Both the position numbers and the translations under genes were made by a program. The notes under the pieces are model-generated. The model was given only the letters and a program-made list of their open reading frames with translations. It made no database searches and was not told where the DNA came from. A stretch of DNA of 64,000 nt from Lutimonas sp. (GTDB lineage: Bacteria > Bacteroidota > Bacteroidia > Flavobacteriales > Flavobacteriaceae), in contig NZ_JBPCUJ010000110.1 in assembly GCF_051011215.1 (NCBI RefSeq), positions 591 to 64,590 of the forward strand, written 5' to 3'. Below, piece by piece: positions 10,307 to 19,685 of this stretch; position 1 is the first letter of the stretch, and each line of letters opens with the position of its first letter.

Positions 10307-11590
10307 TCAGGTTTTTTGCTTTTTCTTTCTGGCCGCTGGAAAAAGTACATTGTTCAATATCAAACGATAGCCAGGTGAATTCGGATGTAAATCCAGTTCA
10401 GTTTTAGGGTCCCCTACCCGATGCTGATAGTCCTCGGGATCATGTCCTCCAAAAAAAGTAAACATTCCCTTTCCTTTCACGCCGTGAATATATCTTGCCT
10501 CCCCGTTGGCATTGTTCTGCCCCATGATCATAACAGTGGGTTTAACCAAAGTAGATTCAAAGGCCGTTGTTTGCCCCATAAAACCCTTCACAAGTAAGGT
10601 ATGATTCTGACATAACATACTTGGCACCATGTCCCATTTGGCAGAATATTCCTTCAACTCAAAATAGTCTTCAGTTTTTAATATTTTTCTTTTTCTTGTC
10701 GTGTCAATATTTGAAAATTCATAAACCACCGGATTCCTTTCCAGCATAAAATCCTGAAACGCAAAAGTTGGTTCGTAAGAGATCTTATCCTGATAGGAAC
10801 TTTCTGATGGATCCCCATCAAACATTACTTCACAAATATCAATTCCTTCAGCCGACAAGGCAATATCAAAACTATCTGTGGCTGAACACATGGCAAACAT
10901 AAAACCTCCTCCAAATACATAGTCTCGAATTTTTAAAGCAACATCCAGTTTCTGTTGAGAAACTTTTGCATACCCCATATCTGCAGCTCTTTTCTCTGCA
11001 TTTACCTTAGATTCAATATACCAGGGAGCCGTTCTGAAAGCTCCGTAAAACTTTCCGTATTGTCCTGTGAAATCTTCATGATGTAAATGCAACCATTCAT
11101 AGAGCAATAACTTATCAGATAAAACCTCCTGGTCATAGACTACCTCATAGGGAATCTCTGCGTATTGCAGTACCATGGTAACCGCATCATCCCATGGTTG
11201 TTTGTCTTTCGGTGAATACACCGCTATTTTAGGTGCTTTCTCAAGAATTACAGCCTCCATATTTTGAGAAGGACTGGCAATAAATTCTAATATTTTTACA
11301 GCTGCTGCCTCAGACACTGGTTCAAAAGACACGCCTCGAATTGTACATTCCCGTCTGAATTCTTCACGATCTTCCAGTAAAAAAGATCCTCCCCGATAAT
11401 TTAACAACCACTGTACCTTCATCCCTTTTTCCAAAGACTGAAACGTAATTCCATAGGCCTTTAAATGGTTCTTCTGAGAGGAATCATCCATAGGAATTAA
11501 CAAGTAAGAAGCAAAAACAGGAGAACTAATTAGAAAAAAAAACAAGCAAAAATAAAATGGATGCTTTAGGAGTCTTTTTCTAATACACAT
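10307..11590 (-). CDS. Conserved secreted protein of unknown function, possibly with a class-I glutamine-amidotransferase-like fold
   Basis: 427 aa with an ATG start and a hydrophobic signal-like N-terminus (FYFCLFFFLISSPVFASY). GGGFMFAMCSATD resembles a nucleophile elbow. Starts 21 nt after the dnaB stop, so it is probably co-transcribed with dnaB. Confidence 0.4.
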   Translation of the reverse strand: MCIRKRLLKHPFYFCLFFFLISSPVFASYLLIPMDDSSQKNHLKAYGITFQSLEKGMKVQWLLNYRGGSFLLEDREEFRRECTIRGVSFEPVSEAAAVKILEFIASPSQNMEAVILEKAPKIAVYSPKDKQPWDDAVTMVLQYAEIPYEVVYDQEVLSDKLLLYEWLHLHHEDFTGQYGKFYGAFRTAPWYIESKVNAEKRAADMGYAKVSQQKLDVALKIRDYVFGGGFMFAMCSATDSFDIALSAEGIDICEVMFDGDPSESSYQDKISYEPTFAFQDFMLERNPVVYEFSNIDTTRKRKILKTEDYFELKEYSAKWDMVPSMLCQNHTLLVKGFMGQTTAFESTLVKPTVMIMGQNNANGEARYIHGVKGKGMFTFFGGHDPEDYQHRVGDPKTELDLHPNSPGYRLILNNVLFPAARKKKQKT

Positions 11591-11611
11591 GAAAACTATT
11601 GATTTGTTTGT

Positions 11612-13132
11612 TTAAAATGGAACATCGTCATCACTGTCAACATTTCCAAAGGCATCATTTGCGCTGGTAAAATTACTTGGAGATATTTGACCGGCATTCA
11701 TTGACGACTGGAATTCAGTCTCAAAACCTTCATCCAGATTGGCAAATTTAGCCAGTCTGCCAATAAATTTCATTCTAATATTCTCCAATCCACCATTTCT
11801 ATGTTTGGCAACAATAAATTCTGCCTGACCATCACAAGGGGTTCTCTCATCATCATCCCATTCGGTAAGACCATAATACTCTGGACGATAAATAAAAGAT
11901 ACGATATCAGCATCTTGTTCGATCGCTCCAGATTCACGAAGATCAGAAAGCAATGGTCGCTTGCTGCCTCCCCTTGTTTCCACGGCTCTTGATAACTGAG
12001 ACAAAGCAATCACCGGCACATTTAATTCCTTGGCAAGGGCTTTTAAGTTTCGCGAAATAGTTGAAATTTCCTGTTCACGATTCCCACCCCCTTTCGCAGA
12101 GGATCCGGCCGTCATTAGTTGTAAGTAATCAATGACCACAATTCTCACATTGTGCTGAGAAACCAATCTTCTGGCCTTTGCCCGAAGGTCAAAAACTGAA
12201 AGAGACGGCGTATCATCAATAAAAATTGGGGCATCTGATAATTTCTTTACCTTTACATTTAACGCCTCCCATTCATAGGTTTCCAGATTTCCTTTTCTCA
12301 ACTTTTCAGAAGAAATACCAGTTTCACTGGATATCATTCTTGTTATTAACTGTACCGAAGACATCTCCAAAGAGAAGATCGCAACAGCATGGTCAAAATA
12401 TATGGCCATGTTCTTTGCCATAGACATTACAAAGGCTGTTTTACCCATACCAGGTCTGGCAGCCAGAATCACTAAATCCGAAGGTTGCCAGCCAGATGTC
12501 AGTTGATCAAGCTTGCTAAATCCTGTAGCAACCCCACTCATTCCTTCCTGATTTGAAATTTCTTCAATTTTCTTCAGGGCCTGGGTCACAAGATTATGGG
12601 CAGCTTCAGAACTTTTTTTCAAATTCCCTTGCGTAATATCAAAAAGCTTTGTTTCCGCTTCATCCAGTAAATCAAACACATCCACCGTCTCATCGTATGA
12701 ATTCGTAATGATCTCGCTGGAAATGGTAATCAGCCTTCGCTGAATATATTTTTGAAGGATGATCCTGGCATGAAATTCAATATGTGCTGCAGAGGAAACC
12801 TTTTGACTCAGGTTAATCAAATAAAAGTCGCCACCAATGGCTTCTAATTTCTCATCTTTTTTTAACTGATTTGAAACAGTTAATAAATCAATAGGTTCTG
12901 AATTTTCAAAAAGCGAAAAAATTGCATTGTAAATAAACTGATTGGCAGGCTTGTAAAAGGCATCCGCATGTAAAATATCAATAACATCATCAACCCCCTT
13001 TTTATCAATCATCATAGCACCTAAAACGGCTTCTTCCAGATCCAAAGCCTGAGGCGGAATCTTACCTTGCTCAAGGTTGATGATTGTCCCTTTACCTTTA
13101 TTGTTATATCCTACTGATTTTGCTGATTCCAT
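11612..13132 (-). CDS. dnaB: Replicative DNA helicase DnaB
   Basis: N-terminal PPQALDLEEAVLGAMM, Walker A ARPGMGKTAF, DYLQLM and a RecA-like C-terminal domain. The start is set at ATG 13132 because the ORF-track start at 13156 is a TTG. Confidence 0.93.
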   Translation of the reverse strand: MESAKSVGYNNKGKGTIINLEQGKIPPQALDLEEAVLGAMMIDKKGVDDVIDILHADAFYKPANQFIYNAIFSLFENSEPIDLLTVSNQLKKDEKLEAIGGDFYLINLSQKVSSAAHIEFHARIILQKYIQRRLITISSEIITNSYDETVDVFDLLDEAETKLFDITQGNLKKSSEAAHNLVTQALKKIEEISNQEGMSGVATGFSKLDQLTSGWQPSDLVILAARPGMGKTAFVMSMAKNMAIYFDHAVAIFSLEMSSVQLITRMISSETGISSEKLRKGNLETYEWEALNVKVKKLSDAPIFIDDTPSLSVFDLRAKARRLVSQHNVRIVVIDYLQLMTAGSSAKGGGNREQEISTISRNLKALAKELNVPVIALSQLSRAVETRGGSKRPLLSDLRESGAIEQDADIVSFIYRPEYYGLTEWDDDERTPCDGQAEFIVAKHRNGGLENIRMKFIGRLAKFANLDEGFETEFQSSMNAGQISPSNFTSANDAFGNVDSDDDVPF

Positions 13133-13185
13133 GTGGCAAATGTAAATGATTAGCAATGCAAACCTTCTCTAAAGTCTCATTTAAA

Positions 13186-13204
13186 GTTAACAATTATTGT
13201 TAAC
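13186..13204. promoter_or_regulatory. Perfect 19-bp palindrome GTTAACAAT-T-ATTGTTAAC in the dnaB / DUF3810 divergent intergenic region
   Basis: Read directly from the sequence. It lies 54 nt upstream of the dnaB ATG. The half-site TTGTTAAYAA recurs at 13215-13224 and 13379-13388. Confidence 0.3.
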
Positions 13205-13419
13205 AATAGAATCCTTGTTAATAAAAGGAGCTGCAATCACAGTATTCCGGAAATTGATCATTGATCTGACCTCAATACTCCTCTAATTTCAAAAACTTAA
13301 TAAATTAATTTGCAATTCTTTAGCAATTTCTGACTTCTCTTATTAAACCAAAACAAAGACAAAAGTAAATTGTAATTGTTGTTAATAATTTGTTTTTTTG
13401 TTCAGAATTATTGGCTGCA

Positions 13420-14502
13420 ATGTATAAAGAAAAAAGAAATATTCTATTATCCGTTTTCCTTTTTTTACAGATAGGATTGATCGCACTCCTCTCTCAATAT
13501 CCATCCTTTATTGACGGTTATTATGTCAATGGAATATACCCCTTGATATCTAAGACGTTGCGCTTGCTTACAGGCTGGATTCCTTTTTCCATAGGTGACA
13601 TAATTTATGCCCTGCTTATTTTGCTGATCCTTCGCTTTATACAGCAACTCATCTTTCCCAAAACAAAAAAGCGCAAAACAATACTCTTAGGATTTGTAGC
13701 AGGCATCTCCCTTTTTTACTTTTTCTTTTATTTGTTCTGGGGATTAAATTATTCGCGTAGTCCCATCTCTAAAAGCTTGGCTCTTGAAAAAGAAGATTTT
13801 AATATTGTAGCACTCGAATCAATCACAGAACAAATACTTTCTAAAACCGCTAAGCTTCATACGTCATTGGCAGATCATGATACAATGGCCGTTGAAATTA
13901 CTTATTCAAAAAATAAAATTCTCCAGTTGACTAAAACGGGTTATGATAATCTAAGCAAGCAACTACCAGAATTTTCATACAAACGCCCTTCCATCAAAAA
14001 ATCTCTTTTCAGCCTTCCCCTGACATATATGGGTTTTGCGGGGTACTTTAATCCTTTGACTGGTGAAGCCCAGGTAGATCATCTGATTCCAAAAATAAAC
14101 CTTCCTTTCACCTGTTCACATGAGGTTGCCCACCAACTTGGAATTGCCTCTGAAAGTGAAGCAAACTTTATTGGTTTTCTTGCCAGTCAGGCCCATGATG
14201 ATCCTTATTTTCAATATGCGGCATATCTGTTGGTATTGCGTTATGCCTTGATGGACATTCGGCGGTATGACAAAGATCTCTTTCTGGTGTATTTAGAAAA
14301 AGTACCTAAGGGGGTCTTAAAAAACATGCGTGAGTCTGATGAGTTCTGGCGACAATACGAAAACCCTCTTGAACCTCTTTTTAAATTGTTTTACGATAAC
14401 TTCTTAAAATACAACCAACAGGAGCATGGATTAAAAAGTTACAATCAGATCATGGGCCTGCTCATTTCCTATCACAAATCCTATCCATTAAATTTTAATT
14501 GA
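13420..14502 (+). CDS. DUF3810-like membrane protein with an HExxH zinc-metallopeptidase motif
   Basis: N-terminal TM helices and SHEVAHQLG (HExxH). First ATG is 13420 (the ORF-track start 13390 is a TTG). The family name is from memory. Confidence 0.55.
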   Translation: MYKEKRNILLSVFLFLQIGLIALLSQYPSFIDGYYVNGIYPLISKTLRLLTGWIPFSIGDIIYALLILLILRFIQQLIFPKTKKRKTILLGFVAGISLFYFFFYLFWGLNYSRSPISKSLALEKEDFNIVALESITEQILSKTAKLHTSLADHDTMAVEITYSKNKILQLTKTGYDNLSKQLPEFSYKRPSIKKSLFSLPLTYMGFAGYFNPLTGEAQVDHLIPKINLPFTCSHEVAHQLGIASESEANFIGFLASQAHDDPYFQYAAYLLVLRYALMDIRRYDKDLFLVYLEKVPKGVLKNMRESDEFWRQYENPLEPLFKLFYDNFLKYNQQEHGLKSYNQIMGLLISYHKSYPLNFN

Positions 14503-14538
14503 TACATTTGAGTATTCATTCAAATTTTCGAAGTCAAT

Positions 14539-17490
14539 ATGAGAAAACTTTACACCCTTATTTTAATTTTTTATGGCTTTGGTCTTTATGGCCAGGAATA
14601 TTTTCCAAAAAATGATGGGGTCAAAACAGACAATCAAAATTATATAGCTTTTACAAATGCTACACTTCATCTAAGCCCAGGCGAGGTCGTGAACAATGGT
14701 ACGCTCTTAATTCAAAAAGGCAGGGTCATCAATTCAGGAAGAAATATCAAAATTCCAGAAGGAGCGATTCAAAAAGATTTGCAAGGAAAGCACATTTACC
14801 CGTCATTTATAGAGATCTTCTCAAGTTTTGGGATCTCCGATAAAAAAAGCAGTCAAAAGAAAAGCGAGGAATCTTTTTATGACACAAAAAGAGAAGGCTA
14901 TTATTGGAACGAGCATATTTCTCCTGAAATATCATCCTTTGACCATTTTGAATTTGATGATGAAAAAGCAAAAGAATTACGAAATGCAGGTTTTGGACTC
15001 ATCAATACCCATCATAGTCAAGGGATAATTCGCGGTACGGGAATTCTGGTGAGCCTGCAATCCAGTAAATCTGATCATGAGCGTATTATCTCATCCGCCT
15101 CCTCCCAATTCCTTTCTTTTGAGAAGAATCAATATTCGAAGCAAATGTACCCGAACTCACTAATGGGAAGTATTGCCTTGTTAAAACAAACCTATCTTGA
15201 TGCCGATTGGTATGCAAAAAGTGGCCAAAAGAACGTTGATTTGTCTTTAAAGGCCTTAAATCAAAATAAAAATCTCAGTCAAATCTTTTATGCCGGAAAC
15301 AAAAGCAATGCACTGCGAGCCCATCAAATTGGCAAAGAGTTCAATGTTGACTATGTCTTATTTGGTGGTATTGACGAATATGAACTCATTGAAGACATCA
15401 AGGAAACCGGCGCAACATTTATTCTACCACTTACATTTCCAAAGCCCTATGACCTAAGTAGTCCTTTTGAAGCCCAGTATATTAGCTTGGGAGACATGAG
15501 GAACTGGAATCAAGCTCCCGGTAATCCTGCTATCATGGCTAAAAATGGCCTGCGTTTTGCTTTTTCCACCTATGGCTTAGATGCTACCGATGATTTTAAA
15601 AAAGAACTCTTAAAGGCCATTGAATATGGTTTAGATAAGGAAACGGCACTGGCAGCTCTCACCACTATTCCGGCTCAAATTCTTCAAAAAAGTGATGACA
15701 TAGGTCATTTAAAGCAAGGTGCTTTTGCAAATTTCCTGATTAGCTCTGGAGATATATTTGAAAAGGAAACCATCCTTTTTGAAAATTGGGTGCAAGGAGA
15801 AGCCTTTGTCATTCATGCATTGGATCAGCAAAATATTGACGGAAACTACAGCTTTCAATTAGATGATGAAAACTATGATTTAACCATAAAAAATTCAGTT
15901 TCAACAGCGAAAATCACGCTAAAAAAAGGTGACAGTATTGTAAAAAGTAAATCAAGCTATGATGACAAATGGCTAAGCATCAGCCTTGAGGTAGACAAAG
16001 AAAATAAAAAGTTCAGCAGATTACGGGCCTTGGTTACATCCCCTGAGACAATCGCAGGAAGCGCCATAGACAGTGAAGGAAACGAATCAGAATGGATTGT
16101 CAAGCCCCAGGCGGCTTCAAAAGAGAAAAAGCCTTCTGAAAACACCAAGCAAACGTATAGGTCGCCTGTTACCTTTCCGAATAATGGATATGGTTTTACA
16201 AAACGACCAACGCAAAAAACAATGCTTTTTAGGAACGTGACTCTCTGGACCAATGAAAGCCAGGGAATAATTGAAAATACTGATGTACTTGTAAAAGATG
16301 GAAAAATCAGTAAGATCGGTAATCAGCTAAAGGCAGGCAATGCAGAAGTCATCGATGGTACCGGTAAACATCTGACTTCTGGCATCATCGACGAGCACTC
16401 ACATATTGCCACGATTTCCACCAATGAATCAGGGCAAAATTCAACGGCTGAAGTAAGTATTGAAGATGGATTAAATTTTGAAGACATCAATATCTATAGA
16501 AATCTTGCCGGTGGCGTTACCCAGGCTCAGATACTGCATGGTTCTGCCAATCCTATCGGAGGGAGATCTGCCATCATCAAACTGAAGTGGGGAGAATCAT
16601 CTCAGGGTTTGATTGATCAAAATGCGCCTAAATTCATCAAATTTGCTTTAGGAGAAAATGTAAAACAATCTAACTGGGGCAATAACTCACGGTTTCCACA
16701 GACCAGAATGGGTGTTGAACAACTGTATATTGATTATTTTCAAAGAGCTCTTGAATATGATCAGTTAAAAAGTTCAGGTCAAACCTACAGAAAGGATATT
16801 GAAATGGAAGTTCTGGCAGAAATTCTAAATAAAGAGCGCTTTATTTCATGCCATTCTTATGTGCAGAGTGAAATTAACATGCTCATGAAAGTGGCAGAAC
16901 AGTTTGATTTCAACATCAATACTTTTACCCATATTCTTGAAGGATACAAGGTGGCAGATAAAATGAAGGCACATGGCGTTGGCGGTTCTACTTTCAGTGA
17001 CTGGTGGGCCTATAAATATGAAGTAAATGATGCCATTCCCTATAATGCAGCTATCATGCACAGTCAGGGTGTTGTAACCGCCATCAATTCGGATGATGCA
17101 GAAATGAGCCGAAGGTTAAATCAAGAGGCCGCAAAATCCTTAAAATATGGAGGTGTTTCTGAGGAAGAAGCCTGGAAGTTTGTTACGCTCAACCCGGCCA
17201 AACTTTTGCATATCGATGACCGGGTAGGGAGTGTAAAAGTAGGAAAAGATGCTGATCTTGTTCTTTGGTCAGGACATCCTTTATCGATTAGCAGCAAGGC
17301 TGAAAAAACAATGATCGAAGGTCGTATCTATTTTGATCTGCAAACTGATTTACTACTCAGAGAAAGTATTAAAAAAGAAAAGAATATGTTGATTAACCTC
17401 ATGATACTGGCGAAAAGCGACGGAGTTGAAACTCAGAAACCAAGTAAAAAAGAAAGTCGAATCAATCACTGTGACACTGTTGATTTTTAA
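14539..17490 (+). CDS. Secreted two-module amidohydrolase-superfamily protein
   Basis: Signal peptide MRKLYTLILIFYGFGLYGQ. The C-terminal module has GIIDEHSHI (HxH), SCHSY, FTHILEG and INSDDAE metal-ligand motifs. The N-terminal module has PSFIEIFSSFG where the HxH motif would be. Confidence 0.75.
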   Translation: MRKLYTLILIFYGFGLYGQEYFPKNDGVKTDNQNYIAFTNATLHLSPGEVVNNGTLLIQKGRVINSGRNIKIPEGAIQKDLQGKHIYPSFIEIFSSFGISDKKSSQKKSEESFYDTKREGYYWNEHISPEISSFDHFEFDDEKAKELRNAGFGLINTHHSQGIIRGTGILVSLQSSKSDHERIISSASSQFLSFEKNQYSKQMYPNSLMGSIALLKQTYLDADWYAKSGQKNVDLSLKALNQNKNLSQIFYAGNKSNALRAHQIGKEFNVDYVLFGGIDEYELIEDIKETGATFILPLTFPKPYDLSSPFEAQYISLGDMRNWNQAPGNPAIMAKNGLRFAFSTYGLDATDDFKKELLKAIEYGLDKETALAALTTIPAQILQKSDDIGHLKQGAFANFLISSGDIFEKETILFENWVQGEAFVIHALDQQNIDGNYSFQLDDENYDLTIKNSVSTAKITLKKGDSIVKSKSSYDDKWLSISLEVDKENKKFSRLRALVTSPETIAGSAIDSEGNESEWIVKPQAASKEKKPSENTKQTYRSPVTFPNNGYGFTKRPTQKTMLFRNVTLWTNESQGIIENTDVLVKDGKISKIGNQLKAGNAEVIDGTGKHLTSGIIDEHSHIATISTNESGQNSTAEVSIEDGLNFEDINIYRNLAGGVTQAQILHGSANPIGGRSAIIKLKWGESSQGLIDQNAPKFIKFALGENVKQSNWGNNSRFPQTRMGVEQLYIDYFQRALEYDQLKSSGQTYRKDIEMEVLAEILNKERFISCHSYVQSEINMLMKVAEQFDFNINTFTHILEGYKVADKMKAHGVGGSTFSDWWAYKYEVNDAIPYNAAIMHSQGVVTAINSDDAEMSRRLNQEAAKSLKYGGVSEEEAWKFVTLNPAKLLHIDDRVGSVKVGKDADLVLWSGHPLSISSKAEKTMIEGRIYFDLQTDLLLRESIKKEKNMLINLMILAKSDGVETQKPSKKESRINHCDTVDF

Positions 17491-17500
17491 TTTATAGACG

Positions 17501-18805
17501 ATGAAGAATTTATACCTAACGCTATCGCTCATCCTGTTTATGGGCTCATTTCAAGCCATTGGCCAGCAAACACCGGCCCCTGCACAAACGGAAACTTTTA
17601 GCATTGTTGGTGCTACGGTTCATACAGGCAATGGTCAGGTAATTGAAAATGCCTCGCTTATCATTGAAAACGGATTGATAAAAGAAATGAATGAAGGTTC
17701 GCAAAGCAACCGGGAAGGGACGATTATTGATGCAAAAGGAAAGCATGTATATCCTGGATTTATTATTCCAAACTCAACCCTTGGTTTGGGAGAAATTGAT
17801 GCCGTCAAGGCTACCAGGGATTTTGACGAATTGGGTACGATGCTGCCACACATCAGAAGCCTCATCGCCTATAATGCAGAATCCAAAGTGATTGAAAGTC
17901 TCAGGCCAAATGGGGTTTTAATTGCACAAATTAGCCCGAGAGGCGGTAGAATTTCAGGAACGTCTTCTATCGTACAACTCGATGCCTGGAACTGGGAGGA
18001 TGCAGCAATCAAAGCCGATGATGGCATACATATCAACTGGCCAAAAACATATCAAAGTAAATATAAGTCCTTTGGTCAAATTGTAATTTCTGAACCTAAT
18101 AAGGAATATAGTCAAGAGGTAGAATCTTTGAAACAATTCTTACGTGAATCTAAGTCCTATCAGAAGAATAAATCTACAAAAAAGAACCTTCCTTTTGATG
18201 CTGCAACGGGAATCTTCTCAGAAGATTTAAAAGTATATGTGCATGTCCAGCGACAAAAAGGTATTATCGATGCCATTACGGAATTAAAGTCTTTAGGGTT
18301 GAATCAAATCGTTTTGGTAGGTGCCGCTGAAGCCTATAAAGTCATGGAACTTATAAAAGAAGAAAATATAGCAGTACTTTTAAGAAGGACACAATCGCTT
18401 CCTTTAAATGAAGATGATGATTACGACCTTCCCTATAAGACAGCTACAACCCTGTTTCAAAATGGCATTCTTGTAGGACTGGAAAATAGCGGGGGTATGG
18501 AAAGAATGAACTCTCGAAATCTTCCATTTTATGCAGGAATGACTACAGGGTACGGCTTAAATTTTGAACAAGCCTTGCAATTGATTACCTTCAACACAGC
18601 TCAAATTCTCGGTATTGATAAGAAGTATGGTTCTTTGGAAAAAGGCAAAAGCGCCACTTTGTTTATCAGTGATGGAAATGCCCTGGAAATGAAGGGAAAC
18701 ATTATTTATAAAGCTTTTATTGACGGTCGAGAGATCAGTTTAAAAACCCATCAGACTGAGTTATGGGAACGTTATATGAATAAATATTCGCAAGGCGACA
18801 AATAA
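17501..18805 (+). CDS. Secreted amidohydrolase-like protein with a degenerate metal site
   Basis: Signal peptide present. KGKHVYPGFIIPNSTLGLGEID aligns with the PGxID-HxH strand but has no His. Starts 10 nt after the upstream amidohydrolase gene. Confidence 0.65.
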   Translation: MKNLYLTLSLILFMGSFQAIGQQTPAPAQTETFSIVGATVHTGNGQVIENASLIIENGLIKEMNEGSQSNREGTIIDAKGKHVYPGFIIPNSTLGLGEIDAVKATRDFDELGTMLPHIRSLIAYNAESKVIESLRPNGVLIAQISPRGGRISGTSSIVQLDAWNWEDAAIKADDGIHINWPKTYQSKYKSFGQIVISEPNKEYSQEVESLKQFLRESKSYQKNKSTKKNLPFDAATGIFSEDLKVYVHVQRQKGIIDAITELKSLGLNQIVLVGAAEAYKVMELIKEENIAVLLRRTQSLPLNEDDDYDLPYKTATTLFQNGILVGLENSGGMERMNSRNLPFYAGMTTGYGLNFEQALQLITFNTAQILGIDKKYGSLEKGKSATLFISDGNALEMKGNIIYKAFIDGREISLKTHQTELWERYMNKYSQGDK

Positions 18806-18841
18806 GAAACGAATTCATCTTGCATTTTAGTTAAACAGATC

Positions 18842-19660
18842 ATGAAAGAAATCTCAAGCCTTCAAAATGAACTGGTAAAAGAACTGGTTCAATTACAGGA
18901 AAAATCGAGGGTCAGAAAGAAAAAAGGGCTGTTCTTAATTGAAGGACAGAGAGAGATCAAACTTGCCCTTGAAGGAGGCTATTCACTCAAACAATTATTG
19001 TTTTGCGCAGAGATTATCTCGCAGAAAGAACTGGAAACACTCATGGAACCTTATTCCACTGAACTTCCGGAAATCATCCATATTTCGCTTCAGGTATACC
19101 AAAAACTAGCGCATAGAAAAACCACGGAAGGATTACTGGCCGTGGCAATATCTAAAACATTGGGACTTCAGGATCTTCATCTAACTAACAACTGTTTGGT
19201 CTTGGTTGCAGAAGCCTCAGAAAAGCCCGGAAATATAGGTGCCCTTCTGAGAACTGCTGATGCTGCCAATTTAGATGCGGTTATTATTGCGAATCCAAAA
19301 ACCGATTTGTTTAATCCTAATATCATTCGGTCCAGCGTAGGATGCATATTTACCAATCAAATTGCAACGGGCAGCACAGAGGACATTTTAAGATTGCTGA
19401 AGAATAAAGGGATTCATATCTATACAGCGGCTCTTGATGATCGGAGTTTACCTTATCAGCAAATGGATTACAAAAAGGCATCAGCCATTGTTGTAGGTAC
19501 AGAAGCCACAGGACTCAGTGAAGAATGGATGGAAAATTCCACACAAAATGTGATCATACCGATGCAGGGAAAAATAGACTCATTAAACGTTTCTGTTTCA
19601 GCAGCAATTATTATTTTTGAAGCCAAAAGACAACGAAATTTCGTTCAGTCGAAAGAATGA
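18842..19660 (+). CDS. TrmH/SpoU family RNA 2'-O-methyltransferase
   Basis: SpoU motifs KPGNIGALLRTADAANL, VVGTEATGLS and IPMQGKIDSLNVSVSAAIIIFE. Confidence 0.8.
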   Translation: MKEISSLQNELVKELVQLQEKSRVRKKKGLFLIEGQREIKLALEGGYSLKQLLFCAEIISQKELETLMEPYSTELPEIIHISLQVYQKLAHRKTTEGLLAVAISKTLGLQDLHLTNNCLVLVAEASEKPGNIGALLRTADAANLDAVIIANPKTDLFNPNIIRSSVGCIFTNQIATGSTEDILRLLKNKGIHIYTAALDDRSLPYQQMDYKKASAIVVGTEATGLSEEWMENSTQNVIIPMQGKIDSLNVSVSAAIIIFEAKRQRNFVQSKE

Positions 19661-19685
19661 ATTTGACTTAATAACCATTGAACAG

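Noticed and set aside
10304-10309. The abutting convergent stop codons form TGATCA
   Set aside because: A 6-bp palindrome created by two stop codons is expected by chance. It is noted only as the absence of a terminator (see the 60405-60422 finding).
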